The notes below the pieces were generated by a model, which was given only the letters and a program-made list of their open reading frames with translations, had not been told where the DNA came from and ran no database searches. Shown one piece after another: positions 1-8,450 of a DNA stretch of 35,191 bases (positions are counted from its first letter, which is position 1; each line of letters begins with the position of its first letter). Source of the stretch: Candidatus Iainarchaeum sp. (GTDB taxonomy: Archaea > Iainarchaeota > Iainarchaeia > JAFGOX01); NCBI GenBank assembly GCA_016926295.1, contig JAFGOX010000041.1:1-35191 (forward strand), in the 5' to 3' direction. The position numbers and the translations under genes are program-made.

Positions 1-270
1 GTGGCGACCTGCACAATTGAATCTGCAAGCGCGACTAATGATACAATTTCAATAAGGTTAACTAATGATGTCAGTGATGTTTCAGTTGATATGATTCATG
101 TAACCGGTGGAGAAACCCCTGGCAGTTATGCATGCGAAGGGCCAGACTTAACTTATGGGAATGTATCTGAAATCAATTCAACCACCTGCACAGGATTAAG
201 CATTGCTCCTAACGATGCATTGAGAATCACTGGAACAAAAAACTTGTGGTGCACAGCAACAGCAAGATAA
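1..270 (+). CDS. C-terminal part of a secreted/pilin-like protein (5' truncated by window)
   Basis: Open from position 1. Thr/Ser/Asn-rich, beta-type sequence with 4 Cys, followed by a T-rich tract. The N-terminus is not visible, so the family call is weak. Confidence 0.5.
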   Translation: MATCTIESASATNDTISIRLTNDVSDVSVDMIHVTGGETPGSYACEGPDLTYGNVSEINSTTCTGLSIAPNDALRITGTKNLWCTATAR

Positions 271-281
271 AAACCACAAAA

Positions 282-306
282 TTTTCTCTTTTTCTTATTT
301 TTATTT
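282..306 (+). terminator. oligo-T archaeal terminator
   Basis: TTTTCTCTTTTTCTTATTTTTATTT just after the stop at 270. Confidence 0.5.
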
Positions 307-353
307 AATAATTAGAATTCAGCACGTATTAAACTTCAGAATTAGTGTTAAAA

Positions 354-467
354 GGTAGCAGCACGCTGGGCTTCCCGTGTGGAGCACAGTACCAACCAAC
401 GCACAGAAGGCTTAATTTCCAGGTTCGGAATGTTTCTGGATGTGGCCCCCCTGTTATGGCAGCTACC
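354..467 (-). rRNA. rrf: 5S rRNA
   Basis: Minus strand reads GGUAGCUGCCAUAAC...AUUCCGAACCUGGAAAUUAAGCC...GGUACUG...GGGAA...GCUGCUACC. It has the terminal helix GGUAGC/GCUACC, loop C CCGAAC, UUAAGC and loop E GUA/GGAA motifs. Confidence 0.93.
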
Positions 468-512
468 AACTGAATACTTAATAAAAAGAAATAAAAAGCT
501 AAGCTATTTGAC

Positions 513-1079
513 TTAGCTCTTCAAGGTCTTGTTTATCAGCTCTTTTGTCTTGAGAATTCCCTGCTCTATATCCTTTCTGTTTCTGGCTCCTGCGCAAATA
601 AGCTTCCCTGTCCTGAACAGCAGGATTGCCACTTTCGGCTTGTCAAAATGTATGATTGCGCCGGGGAACTGCTCTGCCTCATATTCGACCAAATCTGAAG
701 ACAAGGCCAGATTGTAAAGGTCGATTACACGATCTAACTGGGATGATGCGACCATGTTCGAGACTTTGAATTCCTTGCTTCCGCGGAGCTTATTCTTCAA
801 GCTTGGGAACTTCTTCCTCAAAATGCCCATGAAGTTGCTGATTGCTTTTCCTATGTCATCCTCGTTGCTTGCACCTGTGCAGACTATTTTTCCGTTTCCA
901 AACACAAGTAATGTGCTTTTCGGGGATGAAAGTCTGACAATTGCGCCCGGGAACTGCTCTGGCTCAAATTCTACGTTTGACAGCTCCATGACCAAATCGA
1001 CAAGGTTTAGCTTAACTCCCAGTTCGCTTGAAGCGACCATATTTACAATAGTATAACTTGGAACTTTCTTTGCCGGCAT
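513..1079 (-). CDS. tbp: TATA-box binding protein
   Basis: Two repeats N(M)VAS...E(P/A)EQFPGA...F..GK..C.GA. Start moved to the ATG at 1079, which follows a GGTGG SD. Confidence 0.97.
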   Translation of the reverse strand: MPAKKVPSYTIVNMVASSELGVKLNLVDLVMELSNVEFEPEQFPGAIVRLSSPKSTLLVFGNGKIVCTGASNEDDIGKAISNFMGILRKKFPSLKNKLRGSKEFKVSNMVASSQLDRVIDLYNLALSSDLVEYEAEQFPGAIIHFDKPKVAILLFRTGKLICAGARNRKDIEQGILKTKELINKTLKS

Positions 1080-1090
1080 ATCTACCCACC

Positions 1091-1173
1091 TTTTTAAAGA
1101 GTATTTAAATAGAGGCAAGAAGCCTTTTTAAAGGCTTTATAAAGGACTTTTGACTGTACACATTTTAAAGGCT
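1091..1173. promoter_or_regulatory. divergent tbp / rpl21e promoter region with multiple TATA-like boxes
   Basis: TTTTAAAGGCT at 1126-1136 and 1163-1173; TTTATAAA at 1136-1143; palindromes TATTTAAATA (1102-1111) and AGCCTTT-TT-AAAGGCT (1121-1136). Confidence 0.6.
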
Positions 1174-1224
1174 ATTGGGTAAAATATACTGTAAATAGCG
1201 AAAGATTTAGTGAGAGGTGAGTAT

Positions 1225-1503
1225 ATGACAACAAAAACCCATGGGTATAGGTGCAAAACAAGACGCAAATTAAAGAAAAGAGGCCTAACTCACGTAACAG
1301 ACTTCATGAAGGAATTTAATGTTGGTGACAAAGTACTGATCAAGATAGATTCATCAGTGCAGACAGGACACCCGCACCCGAGATTCAACAACAGAACCGG
1401 ATTGGTTAAGGGAATGCAGGGAAACTCATACCTGGTTGAAATTATGGACATCAACAAGAAGAAAACCATGATAGTAAGTCCCATTCATCTAAAGCCACAA
1501 TAA
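1225..1503 (+). CDS. rpl21e: 50S ribosomal protein eL21
   Basis: G.R.KTR..L.K, GDKV.I.IDSS...G.PH.RF...TG.V, P.HLK. GGTGA SD before the ATG at 1225. Confidence 0.96.
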   Translation: MTTKTHGYRCKTRRKLKKRGLTHVTDFMKEFNVGDKVLIKIDSSVQTGHPHPRFNNRTGLVKGMQGNSYLVEIMDINKKKTMIVSPIHLKPQ

Positions 1504-1516
1504 TTGGAGGATTATA

Positions 1517-1888
1517 ATGATTGGCAAGAAAATACTGGACAAGAAATATGTTTCATTACCCGCAGTAATGAAAATGCTAAATGAAAGACTGGGCGAAAAC
1601 GAGCCGAGCTACGAACAGGAGGCTACTTTAAAATATGTGGACAAATTCGCAAAAATAAGCTCCGAAGCAGCTGAAAAAATGGCAAAAGAGCTCATTGACC
1701 TAGGGTTCCTTGATGACAAAGAGGTTGTCAAGGTAATCGACATAATGCCACAGGACTATGATGACATAAATGCCATAGTTCAGAGAAGAACCGGCGTTTT
1801 AGAGACTAGTGACGCACAGAAAATCATAGACATTGTGAAGAAATACGAGAAAGAGAAGCCCAAAAAGAAAGAAACCAAATCCAAATAA
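1517..1888 (+). CDS. rpoF: RNA polymerase subunit F (Rpo4)
   Basis: MIGK..., SYEQ..TL.Y..KFAK, VK.IDIMP. Canonical position after rpl21e. Confidence 0.93.
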   Translation: MIGKKILDKKYVSLPAVMKMLNERLGENEPSYEQEATLKYVDKFAKISSEAAEKMAKELIDLGFLDDKEVVKVIDIMPQDYDDINAIVQRRTGVLETSDAQKIIDIVKKYEKEKPKKKETKSK

Positions 1889-1898
1889 GTGATATATA

Positions 1899-2456
1899 AT
1901 GAAGGAAGAAAATGCATTGGTACTGGACTATCTGCCAGAGGGCAGGTACACTGATTACAAGCGTAATCCCATAGTGCAGGGTCTGGGCACCAGTCGTTTC
2001 ACCCTTCTTGAACTAATCCCAAAAGCAGGAACCAGCTTCGTTAACTTGGAGCAGGTATTTGTCGGAAAGGGAGACAGGGAAAAGATAACTCTTGTGAAAA
2101 GGGTGCTTAAGCCTAGCGAACTTACAAATGAGGCAAAGGCAAATCTTGAACCAGCAGTAGAGAAAATAGTTGATTCAGATATATCCCGATTCCTTAACTT
2201 CTACAACAAGGCCGGTTCACTGAGCGTCAGGCTTCACCAACTAGAACTGCTTCCGTCAATAGGAAAGAAACACGTCCAGAGCATAGTCAAGGAAAGGGAA
2301 AAGAAACCGTTTGAAAGCTTCAAGGAAATATCAGAAAGGATATCCTTATTGCCGAATCCAAAAAGAATAATTATACAAAGAATAATCTCTGAAATAAACG
2401 GAGAGGAAAAATATTATCTTTTTGCCAGACCAATGACCCCGCAAAAGAGGGTTTAG
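1899..2456 (+). CDS. DUF655 family RNA-binding protein
   Basis: EE.A.VLDYLP.G, FTLLEL, R.H.LELLP.IGKK (HhH). Conserved rpl21e-rpoF-DUF655-ksgA context. Confidence 0.93.
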   Translation: MKEENALVLDYLPEGRYTDYKRNPIVQGLGTSRFTLLELIPKAGTSFVNLEQVFVGKGDREKITLVKRVLKPSELTNEAKANLEPAVEKIVDSDISRFLNFYNKAGSLSVRLHQLELLPSIGKKHVQSIVKEREKKPFESFKEISERISLLPNPKRIIIQRIISEINGEEKYYLFARPMTPQKRV

Positions 2457-2457
2457 T

Positions 2458-2682
2458 CTATTTGCTAAACCAACCCTTTTTCTTTGGTTTCTGCGGCGTT
2501 GAAGTCTCAGCATTCATGAAATCCATTTCAGATTCTATCATGTCCATTCTGTCGACTAACTCTTTAACCACATCAGTAAGCCTGTCAATCTGGCTTGCTG
2601 TCATTTTGTCCTTTACTTTTCCAGACTCCAGAGCATTTTTCACTGTGGTAAGTTTTGATTTGAGTTGTTTATAATTTGTCAT
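2458..2682 (-). CDS. small coiled-coil protein with C-terminal KKKGWFSK tail
   Basis: Fills the gap exactly. Strong SD GAGGTGATT and a TTTATAA box upstream. Confidence 0.75.
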   Translation of the reverse strand: MTNYKQLKSKLTTVKNALESGKVKDKMTASQIDRLTDVVKELVDRMDMIESEMDFMNAETSTPQKPKKKGWFSK

Positions 2683-2745
2683 GGGAAAATCACCTCGTTA
2701 TTATAAATACACATTATTTATAAACCATCACTTTGAGATTTCATT

Positions 2746-3507
2746 ATGGACTTATTATCTGAGCTTTACAAACTGATGATTAAATATCATTTCAAACAGG
2801 GAAAAAGCGAAAAAAGATTTATCCTGATTAATTCTGAAATTCTGAAATCAGTTGCAAAGGACCTGAATGCAAAGAAAGATGAAACTGTTTTTGTCAGATA
2901 TGCAAATGCCGGATTCGCAATAAGAGAGTTAAAATCCAAAATAATTGTTGCAGATGCAGAGCCGTATATAAAAGTTCTCAAGGGCGAACTTAAAAATATA
3001 AAAATTGTAAACCTGTCAGAGAAAGTAAAGGCAGAAAAGCTTCTTGTTTTCCCGCCAATAAACAAAGCAAAGGAAGAAACTGAAATGGCCGCAGTGAGCA
3101 AGGCAACAGCAATACTTCTTTTACCATTAGAGCTTGACCTTGCAATATCCGCATATCCGGGAGAGTATGATTACAGTGCAACCAGCGTGATAATCCAAAT
3201 CCTGTCTGAAATAAAGGAAAAGAAAATTGTTTTGCCCGCGGAATTCTATCCAAGAGCAGAAAGCAAGATGTACCTGATAAAACTAAAACCGAAAAAAAGC
3301 AGCATAAAGGACGCAGATCATTTCAAGAAATTCATTTCCGGACTGTTCAAGTACAAAAACAGGACAATACAGAAGGCGCTAAAACTCGCAAACAAAGAAA
3401 ACAATTGGAAGCTCTCTGATGAAAAAATAGAAAGTGTAAGCTTAGATGAAAAGGTTTTCCTGATAACTCCGAAAGAATTTGAAAAAATATACTGCGAACT
3501 TTTCTAA
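2746..3507 (+). CDS. ksgA: degenerate KsgA/Dim1 (RsmA) homologue, predicted methyltransferase-dead
   Basis: C-terminal half matches KsgA (A.PG..DYS..SV..Q, FYP, F..F...LF.YKN.T...AL, ...LITPKEF) and it occupies the ksgA syntenic slot. GQNF, ExGxG and NLPY motifs are absent. Confidence 0.8.
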   Translation: MDLLSELYKLMIKYHFKQGKSEKRFILINSEILKSVAKDLNAKKDETVFVRYANAGFAIRELKSKIIVADAEPYIKVLKGELKNIKIVNLSEKVKAEKLLVFPPINKAKEETEMAAVSKATAILLLPLELDLAISAYPGEYDYSATSVIIQILSEIKEKKIVLPAEFYPRAESKMYLIKLKPKKSSIKDADHFKKFISGLFKYKNRTIQKALKLANKENNWKLSDEKIESVSLDEKVFLITPKEFEKIYCELF

Positions 3508-5063
3508 ACCTTCATCGGCGTGATTTCAAAGTCCCTGCCGGTGTATTCCTCGATTATCATCTTTTCTATTTCTACCGGATTGTTTGCCTTTGCAAAATTC
3601 TGCGCGTCAAAAAGCTTTGCCTCATTCTCGGCAAATATCTCAAAAAGAATCTGGCCCTTCTTGACCCGCGAACCGTTCATAACATACAACTGAATTCCCG
3701 CCCCTTTTGTTATCGGCGAGCCTGCAATTCGCGCAATTTTGTTCACAGTTCTGTTGTTGATTATCGCCACAGTTCCGTTCTTTTCTGAGCGGAATTCATA
3801 TCTTTGCTTTCCGACAGGTATGTCTTCTGACTTTATATCAGGATTACCGCCCTGCGCCTTGATTATTCTCCTGAACTGAGTCAATGCCTTCTTGTTCTCG
3901 ATTGTCTTTTTCGCAATCTCATATCCTTCGCCCTTGCTGCAATGCCCGGCCATCTCCAGAAGTTTTCCGGCAAGCAGACAGGACTTGTCTGCCAAATCCT
4001 CAAATCTCTTTCCTTCAAGAATTTCCAGAACGTATTTTGACTCAAGCGCCGGCCCTGCCACTCTCCCGACAGGCTGGTCGCCGTCAGTTATCAAAACATT
4101 TACAATTATCCCGACTTTGGCGCCGACTTCCACAAATTTCCTCGCAAGCTCTTTCGCCTCATCCATATTCTTGACTTTGACATGCGGCCCCATAGGAATA
4201 TCTATGACTGCATAAGTCGCTCCAACCGCCAGTTTCTTTGCAAGAACAGATGAAACAAGCTGGCCCTGGGGGTCAAGGGAAAGCGGATGCTCTACTTTTA
4301 TGATCTTGTCATCAGCTGGCGCAAGATTTACTGAGCCGCCCCATATAAGCGCGCCACCGGTTTCGTCAACTATTCTTTTTATCTCGGCAATATTATGCTC
4401 AACCGGCATCAAAACCTCCAACGTGTCTGCAGTGCCGGCTGCTGACGTTATCGCCCTGCTACTAGTCTTTGGCATTATGTAACCCAAAGAAGTCACAATA
4501 GAAACAACAAGGGGAGATGTTCTGTTTCCGGCCACTCCGCCGATCGAATGCTTGTCTAAAATCTTCCTGTGCCCTAATCCAAGACTCTCCCCGCTTTCGA
4601 CCATGTGCTTTACCATTGACACAATCTCATCATCTGTGAAACCGTGATTGTAAACCCCTGCAACAAAATAGGTTATCTCGACCTCGCTCAGATTATTAGT
4701 GCTGATATCATAAATTATCTGCCCTATCTCTTCATCGCTTAGTGTCTCTCCGACCAGTTTCCTTTTTATCGCATCAATGGATTTCGGCTGTTCGGCAACA
4801 GTAATAAAAAGTTTGTCCCCTGTCTTCGAATTAAGCCTTTTCCCAACACTTCCAAATAAGCCTATCTGCTTGGGCTTGACAATTGTCTCTGTTGTGTTGA
4901 CTATTGCGGTCATCACTTTCTGGTTGGATGGATTTTTTATGCGCACACGCGACAAAGTAGGAGCATCAAGCTTTTTTGATGTAATTTCATTAAGGAGAAT
5001 TATTGGCTTGTCCGCATCCATGTCAAGTACCTTTGCTAACAAAGGCAGCTCATAGGTGTTCAT
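3504..5063 (-). CDS. AMP phosphorylase
   Basis: N-terminal extension domain, DKHSIGGVAGN, PKTSSRAITSAAGTAD, WGG.V.LAPADD, AQGG. Confidence 0.95.
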   Translation of the reverse strand: MNTYELPLLAKVLDMDADKPIILLNEITSKKLDAPTLSRVRIKNPSNQKVMTAIVNTTETIVKPKQIGLFGSVGKRLNSKTGDKLFITVAEQPKSIDAIKRKLVGETLSDEEIGQIIYDISTNNLSEVEITYFVAGVYNHGFTDDEIVSMVKHMVESGESLGLGHRKILDKHSIGGVAGNRTSPLVVSIVTSLGYIMPKTSSRAITSAAGTADTLEVLMPVEHNIAEIKRIVDETGGALIWGGSVNLAPADDKIIKVEHPLSLDPQGQLVSSVLAKKLAVGATYAVIDIPMGPHVKVKNMDEAKELARKFVEVGAKVGIIVNVLITDGDQPVGRVAGPALESKYVLEILEGKRFEDLADKSCLLAGKLLEMAGHCSKGEGYEIAKKTIENKKALTQFRRIIKAQGGNPDIKSEDIPVGKQRYEFRSEKNGTVAIINNRTVNKIARIAGSPITKGAGIQLYVMNGSRVKKGQILFEIFAENEAKLFDAQNFAKANNPVEIEKMIIEEYTGRDFEITPMKV

Positions 5064-5957
5064 TCAATCACCTCTGTGAATTAGTGAGACAAAAGTTGAC
5101 GGCAAAACAAAGCCTTTCTCGCAAATAATTGCATTCACATACTTTGATTCGGTCTTGTCAAATGCCGGATTCTTTACTTTGATTTTTTTATTTTTGAATG
5201 TTGCAACTTCTTTTGTCGACCTATGCTCTATTGTTGTGTGTTCCTTGATAAGAGTCTCGGGGTCAAATTTGTAAGTGCTTGCTGCAACATAATAAGGAAT
5301 ATCATATTTGTCAGCCAGAACAGCATAAATCGCAGTGCCAACTTTGTTGATAACATCTCCGTCAGAGGTTATCGCATCAGCGCCTGTAAGATAAACATCA
5401 ACATCACGCATAAGTTCCATCACTGCAGTGTCAACAATATAGGTCACATCAATTCCCGCTTTTGAAAGTTCCTCTGCGGCCAGTTTCCCCTGCAATAACG
5501 GTCTGCTTTCAGTGACGATAACATGCGGGTTTTTCTTCATTTTCTGCAAAGTTTTTATTAATTCCATAACAGTCGAAGAGTGGCAATGCGTTAAGATTGT
5601 TGAATCCTTTGGAATGTGATGCGCCCCTATAACCGCAATCTCCTCATTGACTTTCTTCAGCTCGTCAAAGTACCTGTTGCAGGCGTGCTTCAAACTTACT
5701 TTCGGATTGTCTGCGTATCTTATGTTTCGGTAAACAAAGGCAATTGATTTCCTGAGAGCAGGCTCAGTAGGCCTTTGGGCAATAAGATAATCAGCATTCT
5801 GCTTGAATTCCTTGAAAAACTGAGTTTTGGTTTTGTACTCATAATTAGAAAGAGATTTCAGTGCTTTTAATGAGCTTTTGGCTACATTGGTGGCCCCCTG
5901 AACTTTTAATGCTTTGATATCCCTACCAATAGACACAATTTCCTTTCTAAGCACCAT
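5064..5957 (-). CDS. ribose-1,5-bisphosphate isomerase (eIF-2B alpha/beta/delta family)
   Basis: VQGA, RPTEP, LTHCHS, ESRP..QG, GADAI, NKVGT, NPAFD. Abuts AMP phosphorylase. Start set to the ATG at 5957. Confidence 0.9.
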   Translation of the reverse strand: MVLRKEIVSIGRDIKALKVQGATNVAKSSLKALKSLSNYEYKTKTQFFKEFKQNADYLIAQRPTEPALRKSIAFVYRNIRYADNPKVSLKHACNRYFDELKKVNEEIAVIGAHHIPKDSTILTHCHSSTVMELIKTLQKMKKNPHVIVTESRPLLQGKLAAEELSKAGIDVTYIVDTAVMELMRDVDVYLTGADAITSDGDVINKVGTAIYAVLADKYDIPYYVAASTYKFDPETLIKEHTTIEHRSTKEVATFKNKKIKVKNPAFDKTESKYVNAIICEKGFVLPSTFVSLIHRGD

Positions 5958-6050
5958 ATAACCGCAAAGGAAAGAAGACACAAGGGTTTATATACTTTTT
6001 TAAGCTAGTTTCTATAAAAAGGCCAGCGAGTTATTGGGGTGGATTCAACT

Positions 6051-7184
6051 ATGGATAAAATTGTAAAAGATGCAGTGAGAAGAACAAGGTCAAATTTAAA
6101 ATCAAACAAAGAAACAAAAAAAAGATCAATCAAGAAAATGAATAATCTTGATGAGATACTAACAGAATGCACAGCAAAGATTAAAGTCATTGGAACCGGC
6201 GGTTCAGGAAACAATACATTGCAAAGAATGATGGAAATCGGAATAACCGGTGCACAAACAATTGCAATGAACACAGATGTTCAGCAATTGACTCACACCG
6301 AATCAGACGATAAGTTACTTATCGGAAAAGAAACCACCCAAGGTTTAGGCGCCGGCTCAGACCCTGACGTCGGAGAAGCAGCTGCAAAAGAATCAATGGA
6401 AGAGATTGGTGAAAAATTAGCAGATGCGGATTTAGTTTTTGTCACATGCGGACTTGGCGGGGGAACCGGTACAGGTTCAGCACCAGTAATCGCAGAAATC
6501 GCAAAATCAAAAGGCGCATTAACAATCGCTGTCGTAACTTTGCCTTTCACAGTTGAAGGCAAGAAAAGAATGGAAAACGCACTTGACGGTTTAAACAAAC
6601 TAAAGAAAGCCGCAGACACAGTTGTTGTTATCCCAAATGACAAACTACTTGAAGTAGCTCCAGACCTTCCAATCAAAGGGGCATTCAAAGTAGCAGATGA
6701 AGTTCTCACAAATGCAGTCAAAGGTATCACAGAGCTTATCACACTACCCGGACTTGTTAACCTTGACTTCGCAGACCTTAGAACTGTACTGCAGAAATGC
6801 GGCGCAGCAATGATAGGACTTGGCGAATCATCAAGAGACTCAAGCCTTGACTCAAGAGCACTTGATGCAGTTGAAAATGCATTGACATCACCATTACTTG
6901 ACATTGACATTTCAGAAGCAAGCAAAGCACTTGTCAACGTAACCGGTGGAAACGACATGACTTTGAAGGAAGCAGAAATGATTATGGAAGCAGTTGCAGC
7001 CAAAATACACCCAAACGCGCACATCATCTGGGGTGCCAGAATCGATGACGACTTGGGTAAGGCGCAAATACAGGCCATGGTCATTATCGCAGGTGGAAAA
7101 ATACCTTATTTGGAAGCAGTTAAGGAAGAAGTTATGCGGGACGGCAAAAGAACCGTTGACCTCGGCCTTGACTACATAGAATAA
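6051..7184 (+). CDS. ftsZ: cell division protein FtsZ (FtsZ1 type)
   Basis: GxGGx[19 protein letters not shown]-terminal LGLDYI. Linked to secE-spt5-rpl11. ATG at 6051 follows a GGGGTG SD. Confidence 0.98.
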   Translation: MDKIVKDAVRRTRSNLKSNKETKKRSIKKMNNLDEILTECTAKIKVIGTGGSGNNTLQRMMEIGITGAQTIAMNTDVQQLTHTESDDKLLIGKETTQGLGAGSDPDVGEAAAKESMEEIGEKLADADLVFVTCGLGGGTGTGSAPVIAEIAKSKGALTIAVVTLPFTVEGKKRMENALDGLNKLKKAADTVVVIPNDKLLEVAPDLPIKGAFKVADEVLTNAVKGITELITLPGLVNLDFADLRTVLQKCGAAMIGLGESSRDSSLDSRALDAVENALTSPLLDIDISEASKALVNVTGGNDMTLKEAEMIMEAVAAKIHPNAHIIWGARIDDDLGKAQIQAMVIIAGGKIPYLEAVKEEVMRDGKRTVDLGLDYIE

Positions 7185-7245
7185 GCCCCAACGGCACGCC
7201 TTTAAATCTTTTGTTGTATTGTCAACATAGGACTAAGTGATTTTT

Positions 7246-7425
7246 ATGAGCAAATTCTCTGAATTGGTACATCAGTCAAAGAGAGTTATCAAAGCATCGA
7301 AGAAACCGACTACAAACCAGCTGAAGAACATTATGAGAGCAACTGGCCTGGGAATTGTGGTAATCGGGTTGATAGCCGTAGCAATGAAGCTGATTTTCAT
7401 TCTTACAGGCATAGCATACATTTAA
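7246..7425 (+). CDS. secE: protein translocase subunit SecE/Sec61-gamma
   Basis: RV.K..KKPT..., ATGLG...IG single TM helix. Conserved position. Confidence 0.92.
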   Translation: MSKFSELVHQSKRVIKASKKPTTNQLKNIMRATGLGIVVIGLIAVAMKLIFILTGIAYI

Positions 7426-7434
7426 GGTGAATTA

Positions 7435-7860
7435 ATGGCATTTTATGGAATAAAAACACAAGTAGGAAGAGAGAACCTTGTTACAGACATACTAGAGATG
7501 CGTATCAAGCACGAAAACATACCTGTTTACTCATTGATTGTAATTCCGGGTATGAAAGGGTACATTGTGGCAGAAGCAGACAGCGCGCAGGCGATAGTTG
7601 ATGCAACAAGGGGCAACGCACACATGCTCAAGGAGCCATTAAACAGCGATGACATATTCAAATTATTAGAAACAGAACCAATCATGAAAGAACTGAAAGA
7701 GGGTATGAGGATTGAGGTTCTTGGCGGACCGTTCAAAGGAGCAAAAGCCAAGATACTCAGGGTTAACAAGGCAAAAGAGGAAGTTACAATTGAACTCCTT
7801 GAAGGAACAGTTCCTATCCCGATTACAATCAGGGCAGAATTCGTGAGGGTTATACAATAG
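7435..7860 (+). CDS. spt5: transcription elongation factor Spt5/NusG
   Basis: KTQ.G.E, KGYI..EA, KOW motif GPFKG..AKI, PIPIT. Confidence 0.96.
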   Translation: MAFYGIKTQVGRENLVTDILEMRIKHENIPVYSLIVIPGMKGYIVAEADSAQAIVDATRGNAHMLKEPLNSDDIFKLLETEPIMKELKEGMRIEVLGGPFKGAKAKILRVNKAKEEVTIELLEGTVPIPITIRAEFVRVIQ

Positions 7861-7869
7861 GTGAAAACA

Positions 7870-7923
7870 ATGATTAAATTTTGCAAAAATTTAAACCTTT
7901 TCAACACAGGGGGTGTTGAATAA
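7870..7923 (+). CDS. putative 17-aa leader peptide MIKFCKNLNLFNTGGVE coupled to rpl11
   Basis: GGTGA SD at 7860-7864, ATG at 7870. Its TAA (7921-7923) overlaps the rpl11 ATG (TAATG). Confidence 0.4.
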   Translation: MIKFCKNLNLFNTGGVE

Positions 7924-8393
7924 TGACAGACGTGAAATTTCTTATCGAAGGCGGCAAAGGCGGGGGAGGAGCATTAGGAATGCAGCTCGGTCCATTAGGT
8001 TTGCCACTTAACGATATAACAAAGGAAATAAATGAGAAGACAAAGGACTTCACAGGAATGAAAGTCCCCGTTACCGTGCATGTTGAAGACAAGACAAAAA
8101 AATGGTCTGTAGAAGTCGGAACACCTCCGGTCTCAGCATTGATTTTGAAAGAAATCGGTGCAAAAAAGGGAACCGGAAAAGTAAAGGAACAGCCAACAGG
8201 CGACCTTAAGATGGAGCAGATAGTTAAGATTGCAAAAATGAAGAAAGACTCAGTCAACTCCACCAACCTTAAGGCAACGGTGCTGCAGATAGCCGGCAGC
8301 TGCGTATCAGTAGGCTGCACAATTGACGGCAAAAGGCCACAGGACGTCCAGAAAGAAATAAAAGACGGCAAGCACGACGCGCTTTTCGAATAA
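7923..8393 (+). CDS. rpl11: 50S ribosomal protein uL11
   Basis: EGGK, LGPLG, INEKTKDF.GMKVPV.V, VGTPP.SALI.KE, I.G.C.S.G. Confidence 0.96.
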   Translation: MTDVKFLIEGGKGGGGALGMQLGPLGLPLNDITKEINEKTKDFTGMKVPVTVHVEDKTKKWSVEVGTPPVSALILKEIGAKKGTGKVKEQPTGDLKMEQIVKIAKMKKDSVNSTNLKATVLQIAGSCVSVGCTIDGKRPQDVQKEIKDGKHDALFE

Positions 8394-8450
8394 GCGCAAT
8401 CTCTTTCTAATTAATAATATTTAAATAGGTGAAGGCATTATAGAAGCAGT

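Noticed and set aside
6293-7084. Long antisense ORFs (263 aa here; likewise 10220-10930, 17238-17930, 29959-30828 and others)
   Set aside because: Ser/Phe-rich shadows of well-supported genes on the opposite strand
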